DNA of 64,000 nt from Trichomonas gallinae (lineage: Eukaryota): positions 1 through 64,000 of the forward strand of contig MRSU01006018.1 in the NCBI GenBank assembly GCA_008369845.1, in the 5' to 3' direction. Numbering within the stretch: position 1 is the stretch's first letter; every line of letters begins with the position of its first letter. Under the pieces are notes generated by a model, which searched no databases, was not told the origin of the DNA, and saw nothing but the letters and a program-made list of their open reading frames with translations. This document shows, piece by piece, positions 24,338 to 33,420 of the stretch. The position numbers were made by a program, and so were the translations under genes.

Positions 24338-24520
24338 AATTACATTTCAAATTATTAAATTTTACATGTCATTTATCTAAATTACACATCAAATAATAAA
24401 AATTACGTGTCAAATTAATTAAATTTTACACGTCAAAAAGCAATCAATTTTACATGACAAATTATCAATTTTACATGTCAATTAACCGCAAAATGTCAAA
24501 TAAAGTTAAATTACACGTCA
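24338..24520. promoter_or_regulatory. Array of WTTACAYGTCA-type motifs with about 21-bp period upstream of copine
   Basis: Copies at 24361, 24381, 24402, 24425, 24449, 24470 and 24510. Regulatory function is inferred from position only. Confidence 0.6.
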
Positions 24521-24538
24521 AATGTTAAAAAGGTGACA

Positions 24539-26068
24539 ATGTCTTTTTCACGTTATTTCAAGGATGATGACGAAGTTGTCCAATTATCGCTAAGTGCGCA
24601 TATATTCACACGTGGAAATATCAGACAGACGACAGGTTGCGCTTGCGCCATTTATATTAACGATGATCCGAATTATTTTATTACAGAAAGTGTTTGGAGC
24701 ACAAAAAAGCCAGTTTTCACAACAAAAATGCAGATTATTCCGAAGTTGAGCACACCACAGATACTAAGAGTGATGCTTCTCGAAATGACACCAACAATCA
24801 AACCAATCGAAGAATACACAAAATTTGGCGAGGCAAAGATACCTCTTGGCCGTGTTTTGGTCAGCAATGGTGTTGCTGTGACTCTAAGTGGAGCAGCAGC
24901 CGAGGTTACAATTCAAGTCAGCCAAGAATCAGCGGGAAGAGGCGTTTTGTCTATGATTGTTGCATTCTACAACATGCCAAAAGATCATTGGCTCATGAAA
25001 AATTACCCAGAACTTCATATTTGTAAACAAGAAAATGAAAATCGATGGGCTTCTGTTCGTTGTACAGAGGTAATCAAGAGACAAGATGCAGGACAATGGG
25101 ATCCGATATCAATTCCATGCAGATCCATTTGCAACAATGATTACACGAAAAAAATCCGTTTTAAAGTTGTTGACCATCCAGATGAGGGAAATACAGTACC
25201 TATTGGCTACGCTGATGCTTCTGTCCAAGAAGTTTCCCAATTTAGAAACAAAATTTTAACTTTAACTCCATACAACCCAAGAGTCGCCAGATGCGGCAAT
25301 TTAATCGTCAGAGCAGCAACACTAATCGAGCGACTTACTTTTTACGGCCAATTATGCAAAGGATTAAGATTTAATTTTGCCTGCGCGATAGACTTCGCCA
25401 GCACGAACAGGCCTGCGAGAGACTCGAAGTCTTTGCATTACACAACGTTTGGGCAGGATAACGCGTACCAAGCAACAATGAATGCGATTGGCGGCGCAAT
25501 TGAGCCTTATTCCGACGGTCATCCATTCCGCGCATGGGGATTTGCCGCCAAATACAACAGAGTCATGTCTCAGAGCTTCCCGCTGACTCTGGAAGGCAGC
25601 GAAGAACTTGCCGGATTAAAAGCGCTGCAAAACGCTTATTGGAACATCTTCGAGAGCATTGTTTTCGACAAACCGGTCTTGATTGTCCCTTCTCTCCAAA
25701 TGGCCATCAACAGAGTCAAGGGCTCGAGAAATCCAGGAAATTATTTAGTTTTCTTGATTCTTCTCGCAAACATTCCAGATGACCTGGAGGGCTTCATAGA
25801 CTTGCTGTATCAAAGCCAGATGGAGCCAATCTCCGTTATCATCGTTGGAATTGGAGATACAGATTTCACTCTTTTAGAACAAAGCTTTGAGACAGGAAAA
25901 CTCGTCAATTCAGCAGGAAAATCGTTCGATAGAGATGTTGCCGTGTTCCTCAGATTCAATAACTTCGGAATGAACGGATTAACAATGCTAACTTCTTCAG
26001 CTTTGTTCTCTATTCCTGATCAGGCCATGCACTGGTTCGAAGTCAACATAGAGCTTAACTCTTCATAA
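24539..26068 (+). CDS. Copine (C2-C2-vWA)
   Basis: ATG at 24539. AIDFASTN, SLHY, NAYQATMNAIG..IEPY, WGFAAK, YLVFLIL and PISVIIVGIG.TDF are copine vWA motifs, preceded by two C2-like domains. Confidence 0.9.
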   Translation: MSFSRYFKDDDEVVQLSLSAHIFTRGNIRQTTGCACAIYINDDPNYFITESVWSTKKPVFTTKMQIIPKLSTPQILRVMLLEMTPTIKPIEEYTKFGEAKIPLGRVLVSNGVAVTLSGAAAEVTIQVSQESAGRGVLSMIVAFYNMPKDHWLMKNYPELHICKQENENRWASVRCTEVIKRQDAGQWDPISIPCRSICNNDYTKKIRFKVVDHPDEGNTVPIGYADASVQEVSQFRNKILTLTPYNPRVARCGNLIVRAATLIERLTFYGQLCKGLRFNFACAIDFASTNRPARDSKSLHYTTFGQDNAYQATMNAIGGAIEPYSDGHPFRAWGFAAKYNRVMSQSFPLTLEGSEELAGLKALQNAYWNIFESIVFDKPVLIVPSLQMAINRVKGSRNPGNYLVFLILLANIPDDLEGFIDLLYQSQMEPISVIIVGIGDTDFTLLEQSFETGKLVNSAGKSFDRDVAVFLRFNNFGMNGLTMLTSSALFSIPDQAMHWFEVNIELNSS

Positions 26069-26102
26069 AAATTTTGTTTGTAAATGTTAATAAATAAAAA
26101 TT

Positions 26103-26822
26103 TTATATCTTTCCTTCGGATTTAAGAACTTGAGCTAAGTGTAATGCTGTAAGACTCTTTGTGTCTGGTGTATACTTCCAGATTTCGTTGTATTTAACAA
26201 GTTTAAGGACAATTTGTTCATGAGCATCTTCACCACCGAGTTTATCTTGCAAAGCGAGAAGCTTATCGTGTGGCATTGTAGTTTTCCATAAGAATAATCT
26301 AAGTGCTTCATCGAGAAGACCTGGTGATGTGTAAACTCCTGGAAAATGATCTCCGTAGGCAATGCCTGTTAAGTCAATGAGGTCAGATTCCTTAGCTACA
26401 AGTCCACACTCCTCTTCTAGCTCCTTGATTGCGACGCCTTTCAAGTTTCCACTTCCATCAACCATGCCTGCTGGTATTTCGAGCAAAATTTTACCTGTTG
26501 GAACTCTTGGCTGGGATGTAAGTACGGAATATACCTGTCCATTGGACTCATCTGTGATTTCGAGCAAAATTCCAACAGCGTTGCCTCTTAAGAGACAGAT
26601 TCCTGGAATTTTTGTTCCATTCCTTTCTGTATGTGTGGAAATCTTTACGAATCCGACTCTTCCTGTTCCAAATTTGTCGACAGACTGAACTTCGATTTTC
26701 TTGACGTAAAGAGATGGATCCAAGCCGTTTACCCAGTTCTTGACTAAGTCTGTGCCTAAGGCAAGTTGTACATCTGGTGACTGTGAAGCTGTTACTGGAA
26801 TTTCGTTTCCACGAAAATCCAT
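26103..26822 (-). CDS. Nudix hydrolase, ADP-sugar pyrophosphatase-like
   Basis: ATG at 26822. QPRVPTG, LEIPAGMVD..GVAIKELEEECGL Nudix box, SPGLLDE. Confidence 0.9.
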   Translation of the reverse strand: MDFRGNEIPVTASQSPDVQLALGTDLVKNWVNGLDPSLYVKKIEVQSVDKFGTGRVGFVKISTHTERNGTKIPGICLLRGNAVGILLEITDESNGQVYSVLTSQPRVPTGKILLEIPAGMVDGSGNLKGVAIKELEEECGLVAKESDLIDLTGIAYGDHFPGVYTSPGLLDEALRLFLWKTTMPHDKLLALQDKLGGEDAHEQIVLKLVKYNEIWKYTPDTKSLTALHLAQVLKSEGKI

Positions 26823-27182
26823 AAGAAAAAATGTCAATCTTTTGACACTTTACATAATTTTTTTGACAATTGACAAATTTTTTATCATTTGATTTTTTTT
26901 TTGTCTTTGAACTCAGCTTGACTATTGAAATCATAATCTGCGAATTTGAGTACTTTGGATGCAGATAATTTTTTATCGAAAATATATTATTGGATTTTGA
27001 GCTCTATACTTTGTGAATTAGTGATTTCTATGCATTGGATTAAGAATATCATATGATTCTTTTTTGATTCAATTATTTAAAATCATTTGGAAGTTAATTC
27101 AAGAATAAATTGAGTTGTAACTGTATTGGAGATTTGGATTTGGGGACGAATTTGATATGTTTGGTTGCATTCGAAATTAATT

Positions 27183-27752
27183 TTAATTTGGCTTTGGACT
27201 GACGTGAATAGAAGAAACAACAACTTCTCTATTATGCTTCTTGCTGAGATGTTTCTCAACGTGTTGTTTGATTTCAGATATTGAATGAATATTTTGTGAC
27301 ATTTTCCTGTCCAAGTCAGAAACTTCCTCAAGAAACTGGGTGTTGAGTCTCTCGTCTTCAGATCTAAGTCTTTCAGTTTCTCTTGCATATTCTGCTTGCT
27401 CACGTCTGAGCTGAGCCATGTAGTCCTTGACTTTGCGCTCTCCTTCTGCTATGATTCGTAATCTTTCCTGTTTAACTTCTTCAATTTGTCTCCTTAATTC
27501 CGCGATTTGAGCAGAACGATCTGCAGCGTCCGTTTTAGTTGAAGAATAGCTCTTTTTCGAATAGTTTTTGTAACTGCCAACTCTTTCACCTCTTAATTTT
27601 CGTCTAACGTAATCTTCTCTATCCATCTGCTTCCTTTGCAATTCCAGCAGGTATTTTTCGTTGAACAGGCCATATCTGTCGGTATTAACAGTTCCATATA
27701 ATGTTTCACCAACATAATCTGGTGCTTTCAGCAATTCATGTTTATCATACAT
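27183..27752 (-). CDS. Hypothetical coiled-coil protein
   Basis: 189-aa ATG-initiated ORF rich in E/R/K/Q heptads. Confidence 0.7.
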   Translation of the reverse strand: MYDKHELLKAPDYVGETLYGTVNTDRYGLFNEKYLLELQRKQMDREDYVRRKLRGERVGSYKNYSKKSYSSTKTDAADRSAQIAELRRQIEEVKQERLRIIAEGERKVKDYMAQLRREQAEYARETERLRSEDERLNTQFLEEVSDLDRKMSQNIHSISEIKQHVEKHLSKKHNREVVVSSIHVSPKPN

Positions 27753-27774
27753 AATAAAATTATAAACCGAAGAA

Positions 27775-27936
27775 TGACACGTAAATTATTTATTGACATT
27801 TTCTTTATTTCTGACATGTATATAATTTATTAGACATATTTATTATTTCTGACAAGTAAACCTTTCACTTGAAATTTTCTTTTATCTGACATGTAAACAA
27901 ACTTTTTTGAAATTTTCAAATATTTTGACATGTAAA
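27775..27936. promoter_or_regulatory. Array of TGACAYGTAAA-type motifs with 37-39-bp period
   Basis: Copies at 27775, 27812, 27850, 27887 and 27926, directly upstream of the minus-strand gene starting at 27752. Confidence 0.6.
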
Positions 27937-28194
27937 ATATTTTATTTATCAAAAATTTTGGATGAATAATAAAAACACGGAAACAGGCCCATAAAATCGT
28001 TATACTGCAATATGTAGCCTGCGTAGTGCAGTTAGAATGCTAATTTTAAGTGCGTAATTCATTTCTTTGATTAAATTTGCTAGAATGCGCCAAAAAACTC
28101 GATAAATCCAATAATTAACCAATAAATATTCTAAATCTATAATAATAACAAGTTCGTTATTGATTTTTTTTCTTCGTTATTTTTTCGTGTCAGA

Positions 28195-29586
28195 ATGAGT
28201 TGGAGCCTTTCTTCGGAGCGTGAGTTCGATTTATCTTCGAATTCTACGCCTGAAGCATTAGGCCCAGGTGCATACAATGTTCCTCTAACAAAAGGCGAAA
28301 TAAAACCATCGACAGCGCCTTTTGGATCTAGATTTTATGAATACGCAGACTCAGCAGCCGATGGGAACCCAGCTCCAGGACAATACGAATCTAAGCCTCT
28401 TGAAGAAGGCAATGCATCTAAATACGTTTTCTCATCTAAAACAAAAAGAACGATTTTTCCAGTTACATCTTGTGCACCAGGCCCAACGGCTTATCAACAA
28501 TTAGACGACTGGATTCCTAATCCTCCCAACCCAGGTAAGCACATCGCAAAACCAGAATATAGGCCTCTCACAGGATTTGTCGGTCAAGATGTTGTAGGTT
28601 ACAAAGAAACGCCTGAAGGTAAACTTGTTGCCGTAAAAATGAAAAGAAAAGATAGCAGAGATATTGGTCCAGGTACATATGAGTCCAGAACACTCGAAAA
28701 GCCAACTCCAATATCTATGGATCGTCCAGCTGAGCGTGATTTATACGGAAAACCCAATGGAATACCAGGACCTGGCAGTTACGTTAATGTTCCATTTGAA
28801 ACGAGATTGTTTCACAAAATTTCAGATAAACACAAAGAAAAACCACCTGAATACGAATATCCAGTCTTCCTTCCACCAGAAGTGTGGACAGAAGAGGCAG
28901 AACTTACGCATTCAAGCTTCAAATCTCGTTCAATCCGAGGCGATTTGTTTCCACCCGGAGAATCAGTCCCAGGAGTTGGCACTTATTCTGATGCATACGT
29001 CAGAGACTTAGTCCGTGAACCTGTCTCTCGTGCGCAGACATCTTTCGGCGTCCGCCAGGGCCGTAAGGACTTCTGGGAGCCGACAGAAGCACCCGGGCCT
29101 GGTTTTTATAATCCGATGCAGCCAAAATGGGTTAAGAAAGGGCAGAGACCTGGTCGTCATGCTGGTGACATAGAGCCGCCTCCAGACGAAACACCTGGAC
29201 CGGGATATTACGATTTACCAACGAAGAAAACTAATACAAATCCGAATTGGATGTTTCGAACTACTTCTAACAGAAAATTACAGAATATGGCTGGAGGTGA
29301 TGCTCCAGGCCCAGGAACTTACACATTATCAAATAATAGCACAAAGATTCCAATCGCATTAAATAAAACATCGAGATTTAGCGCTTGCCATAAATGGGAG
29401 TCACCAAGTGAGGCAGCGCCTGTGGGATCTTACAACCTTCCTCAAGAAAAGCCAAGAGGAAGAACAATTTCAAGAATCGGCCATAGACCATTGTATAACA
29501 AGTCGAAAATTCCAGGCCCAGCTTACTATGATGTTACACACAACTCATTTTTGCGTCATTCATATAATACTTCTGTTCCAATATAA
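28195..29586 (+). CDS. SHIPPO/PGP-repeat axonemal protein (ODF3/STPG-like)
   Basis: About 11 dispersed PGPGxY-type repeats (LGPGAY, PAPGQY, PGPTAY, IGPGTY, PGPGSY, PGPGFY, PGPGYY, PGPGTY, PGPAYY). Confidence 0.85.
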   Translation: MSWSLSSEREFDLSSNSTPEALGPGAYNVPLTKGEIKPSTAPFGSRFYEYADSAADGNPAPGQYESKPLEEGNASKYVFSSKTKRTIFPVTSCAPGPTAYQQLDDWIPNPPNPGKHIAKPEYRPLTGFVGQDVVGYKETPEGKLVAVKMKRKDSRDIGPGTYESRTLEKPTPISMDRPAERDLYGKPNGIPGPGSYVNVPFETRLFHKISDKHKEKPPEYEYPVFLPPEVWTEEAELTHSSFKSRSIRGDLFPPGESVPGVGTYSDAYVRDLVREPVSRAQTSFGVRQGRKDFWEPTEAPGPGFYNPMQPKWVKKGQRPGRHAGDIEPPPDETPGPGYYDLPTKKTNTNPNWMFRTTSNRKLQNMAGGDAPGPGTYTLSNNSTKIPIALNKTSRFSACHKWESPSEAAPVGSYNLPQEKPRGRTISRIGHRPLYNKSKIPGPAYYDVTHNSFLRHSYNTSVPI

Positions 29587-29682
29587 TTATAATTTTGTTT
29601 GTTTTTTATTAAATAATATTGTTTGTTTGTTTCGTAAAATTAGTATTTGTTTACTTACAATCCATGAGAATAAAAAAAGTCT

Positions 29683-30045
29683 TTAATGCCAAGATCTAAT
29701 TGCTTTTGCAGCACCGAGCAAGAATTCCATCTTCTGTAATACGAAACCATTTTTGAAGAAGTTTTCTACTGTTAGTTTTGTCTTAAAACCTACAATTTCG
29801 TCTAATATTTTGATCGAATTCTTCATAAACTCTAAATCAGATGCTGTTTGCATTAAAAATCCTTTGTTAACTATTGTCTCTGCGAGATTTTGATTGTATT
29901 CTAAAACCAGAAAATGCATAATACAAAGATAAATGACAGGATCTCCTTTTTCGAGTGATTCTTGAGACCACCTGCCAGCATACTTCATTCCACGAAGTTC
30001 CGTCTTTAATGCCCTGATATGGGACTGAACTTTGACATCAGTCAT
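29683..30045 (-). CDS. CEP44 N-terminal domain-like protein
   Basis: IRALKTELRGMKY, LEKGDP..YL.IMHF, SDLEFMK..KIL.E..GFK.KLT.ENFF.NGF..QKM resembles the CEP44 domain. Likely ATG at 30045. Confidence 0.7.
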   Translation of the reverse strand: MTDVKVQSHIRALKTELRGMKYAGRWSQESLEKGDPVIYLCIMHFLVLEYNQNLAETIVNKGFLMQTASDLEFMKNSIKILDEIVGFKTKLTVENFFKNGFVLQKMEFLLGAAKAIRSWH

Positions 30046-30566
30046 ATTTTTAAACGTACACATTCATGTAAAATTAATGACTCATTGATATGTTACTAGT
30101 AAGACTATATATTATAGAAAAATAACGAAAAAGTGAACACTTAGGCGAGTATTTATCTATGATTTTAATTCTCAAAAGATTTTGAATAGTAAAACACCAA
30201 AATAGTAATAGTTATATAGATATATTGATGCAAATATTATAATTATAGGTGCAACTAATCATATATAGGATTGATATAATTTTCCATTTTAATATTATGT
30301 AAATTCTCAATAGAGTGCACAAAGTATCTTTTAATCTGCATATTTATGGCTTTCTCAAAGGTCTGATATAATGTTCTCGATGTTTTATTAAAAAAATTTA
30401 AAAAATTGAGATTTCAAAAATATTTTTTGAACAAAATAAAACATTATTTATAGGCAGTATAAAGAAATATTACGAATAATAGACTAAAGATAGCTAATTT
30501 GTAATATTAATTTTTCCCAATAATAGTTAAATACGAAACAAAGTAAAGCGTAATTGCATAATGAAA

Positions 30567-30881
30567 TTAAAGTGTCATAAGACGATTTGCTATCGTGCTG
30601 AAATCGGAAATATCGACGTTTTGAGTAATTGCGGCTTCAATTTTGAGTTTTCTCTTGTCACAGTCACCAAATAAATTGGAAACTGCAAGGTGAAGAGCTT
30701 CTACTTCTGTGTCTAATTGTTGTTTAACTTTAACTTTATCAGGAGAATCATCTTCAGTTATAATGAGTTCTTGACTATTAATGCGTGTTAGCGCACTATA
30801 TGTTGTTTTGCGGAGGTTTTCGAATGCTCTCGTTAACTCAGACATCTGCTGCTCAAATTGCTTTTCTCCCTGTTGCTCCAT
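30567..30881 (-). CDS. Small helical/coiled-coil hypothetical protein
   Basis: 104-aa ATG ORF with an AAAAGTGAC promoter motif about 10 nt upstream. Confidence 0.7.
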   Translation of the reverse strand: MEQQGEKQFEQQMSELTRAFENLRKTTYSALTRINSQELIITEDDSPDKVKVKQQLDTEVEALHLAVSNLFGDCDKRKLKIEAAITQNVDISDFSTIANRLMTL

Positions 30882-30999
30882 ATATTTATGTCACTTTTAA
30901 TTACTTTTGCCAATAAAATAATTTACATGACAAATAACATTTTTTTTTTTGAGACACATCTACGGTTTGGCCTAACACTTTTTTAAAAACAGAAAAAGC

Positions 31000-31133
31000 G
31001 TATGTATTAATACTGTTCTTGATTGATTTGCGATGGGGATTAAGATGAGTCTTGCTGTCTATTATGATAACAACGCACGCTTGCTGAGCAAATCAACAAG
31101 AACAAAAAAATTTTAAATTAAACTAACACACAG
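31000..31133 (+). other. Spliceosomal intron (trichomonad type), 134 nt
   Basis: 5' GTATGT at 31000-31005 and a perfect fused branch point/3' splice site ACTAACACACAG at 31122-31133. Confidence 0.85.
31014..31104 (+). ncRNA. Intronic structured RNA, box C/D snoRNA-like
   Basis: 17-bp terminal stem TGTTCTTG-A-TTGATTTGC / GCAAATCAA-CAAGAACA. Box D CTGA (31084-87) abuts the stem, a degenerate box C ATGGGGA (31033-39) sits at k-turn spacing, and a C'-like ATGATAA lies at 31064-70. Confidence 0.55.
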
Positions 31134-31641
31134 AGTTTTCAAACTTATTGATTCTACTTAGAATAGCTTACTTTAAACATTGCTCCCAGTTCTCTTTAAA
31201 TAAAGACTAAATTTTCATTTACAATATATTTTATTTTACAGAATATAATAAACAGTATTTAAAACATCATATACAAGTTACCAGCAATTCATAATATAAA
31301 CAACATTCATAAACTCGTTTGATTTCGCATCTTGATTATTATGATGATTTTTAAACGCGATAGATCGATTTATTAGTATTGTGTATGTATATATATCGAT
31401 ATACAAGATATATTTTGTTCTTCTATGTCAAAATCAAAATCAATGAATTGATTTACAAAAATTCATCTTTTTCTGTCTCTTAGAAAAGCCTAAATGTGTA
31501 TAAAACAACTAAACCACTCAAAAGAGATAGTAAATGCAGAAAATTTATTATTTGATACTAAATTTCATGTCTTTTTACTTGTTTATAAGTTTCATCTTAT
31601 TTGATAGACACTAATATATTTATTCTATATTACAAAGTCCC

Positions 31642-32846
31642 TCAATAAGGGATTTTGTGAGTTTTGAGCGTTTGCAGTCCTCGACCGATGTGTTTCAATG
31701 CTTCTTTGACGTTGACTTCCCTTCCTCCATAATCGTGGTGAAATCCAGGAATTCCTTTATACATGAGACAAAAAATATCACAATTTGATACTGCAGCAGC
31801 AGCACTTTTGTCTCCACAATGACATGTTGCGATAACAATGCACGAGAATGAATGCATCACGTATGCTTTGAAACAATTCGATCCTGTTGGAGTGAACATG
31901 AATTTGATTGAAGCAAAAACAGGTGCTGCTTCTCTCAATGAGTATATATCTGTCTGGTTCTCCCAGTTATACTCACCATATACTATTTTCGTTTGATTAA
32001 AAATTTCAGGCAAATTTAAAATGTGTCGTGGACGTTTGTAACCTCTATTCATGAACACATAGCGTGTTGGCTTAATCTTACCAAGGTTAAATTTCTCATG
32101 CAAGAATATTTGTAATCTTTTCGTGTGAATTCCGAAAGCGTTGATGAAACTGACAGGATTCACTATGGATGAGATTATGTCACACGATACCCAGCACTGA
32201 CTTCCTATAGCAATAACTCTATTCTTGGGTATATTAAGTAATTCAATTATCAAATCCATAATTGGAGGAAATCCATTATATAGGAAATACGCATTTGTCC
32301 GTAATTCCTTTGGGAAGTAATGCAGGAAGAATAGAAGCGGCTGCGCGATGTCTTCGAGCGCGTGTCCGAAATTGTGTTCACACTCACCATACCCAATGCA
32401 AAGGATATGTGGGTAGTGTCCCACGACATTGTTGGGGTTGATTTGTCTGCGGTCTTTATATAAGTCGCCCCAAAAGTATTTTGGTCGCGGAAAATTAATG
32501 ATCCATAAAAATTCACGTAACAGTTGTATGCTTGTATGAAATGGTAGAAAGGATTCTTATAGATGATGTTTATCTCTCGTGTTTCACTTGGGGATCTATA
32601 CATATCGAAATAAATATAATTATTTAGCCCTGGATAAGATCCATTTATAGGCATATCGATAAATATATCGGGATGGCTGTAGTTTGCTGGTACTTCTGTG
32701 AAATTTGCTAAACGGCTTTCTGGTTTCCAATAAAAATCCTTGATAAGTTGAAATCGAACTTCCTGCTCATATACTAAAGCGAATGCTATCATTGCTGAAA
32801 ATATAGCCATCTGTCCACCATCAAAGAAGCAATTTTCACTAATCAT
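31642..32846 (-). pseudogene. Frameshifted glycosyltransferase family 61 (DUF563)-like gene
   Basis: Two overlapping ORFs (32250-32846 and 31642-32424) join into one roughly 400-aa protein with an N-terminal hydrophobic anchor and NFGHALED, YVFMNR..RPRHILN, F.PTGS motifs. A single frameshift lies between about 32425 and 32555. It may be a sequencing error. Confidence 0.7.
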
Positions 32847-32932
32847 TTTTTTGAATATAGAAAATATGATAATTTTTAATTCAAAACTTGGATATTTCAG
32901 AAATGAATGTCCTGTACCGAAATTCGGAACGA

Positions 32933-33025
32933 AAAAGTGACGGTTTTACACGCCGGATTTGACATGTAAAGTGCCAAAAGTGACATAAATAAAAACGGGT
33001 GTGTGTCTCAAATTTAAAAAGTGAC
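32933..33025 (+). promoter_or_regulatory. Dense core-promoter cluster (AAAAGTGAC x3, ACGGTTT, TGACATGTAAA)
   Basis: AAAAGTGAC at 32933, 32976 and 33017; ACGGTTTT at 32940; TGACATGTAAA at 32960. It points into a region with no ORF. Confidence 0.6.
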
Positions 33026-33029
33026 ATTC

Positions 33030-33420
33030 AATGAATCTTTTTCTAGAAATTGGTAAGAGCGAATGCCACTTGTCTTCAGCAAAGTGTCATATTACATCAT
33101 GACACTCTGCTACAGACAAGTTGCATCAATTTCTGTTGATCTCGCTTATTAAAATGAAAATAATCATACATCCTATAATATCACTTTTTGAACATTTTAG
33201 AGAAAATCCGTACCATGTGGGATGCTATAATATTTAGAATCATATAACTTGTCTGGGTGTCGTTAACAGGAGCTTACAAACAATTTAAATGTGGAGCCTC
33301 ATCATAGTACGAAGTCGATGAGACTTTACCAACTTTCATAATCCTAAAGACACCGCGCAATGTTGCTTGCATCGCATTGGGACAGGAAGTAAGTTTCCTT
33401 GTTATTTAAAGAAAGTCATT
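33030..33420 (+). ncRNA. Putative large structured non-coding RNA (about 390 nt, three arms)
   Basis: More than a dozen nested helices, several with G-U pairs valid only on the + strand. The 5' and 3' ends pair, a promoter cluster lies directly upstream, and there is no ORF of 60 aa or more. Confidence 0.65.

Larger units (their letters stand above)
30976..31210 (+). ncRNA. Putative spliced non-coding host transcript (exon 1 about 30976-30999, exon 2 from 31134)
   Basis: ACGGTTT motif at 30962 and Inr-like CACTTT at 30976. Contains a canonical intron. Neither exon has an ATG. TAAA signals lie near 31197-31211. The ends are approximate. Confidence 0.55.

Noticed and set aside
24338..24520. 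Repeat-spacer look of the motif arrays (also 27775-27936, 42724-42898, 61484-61613) as CRISPR
   Set aside because: Eukaryotic context, repeats only 11-17 nt and degenerate, spacers short and related, no cas genes.
30567..30881. Mediator subunit (Med28/Med29-like) identity
   Set aside because: Only a faint pattern resemblance (LFGDCD..KL.I); not supportable without a profile search.
33031..33102. 23-codon ORF starting right after the promoter cluster
   Set aside because: Too short and lies within the hairpin arm; better explained as part of a structured RNA.
33298..33325. GATGAG/CGAA as a hammerhead ribozyme core
   Set aside because: No CTGANGA plus GAAA in the correct arrangement on either strand.
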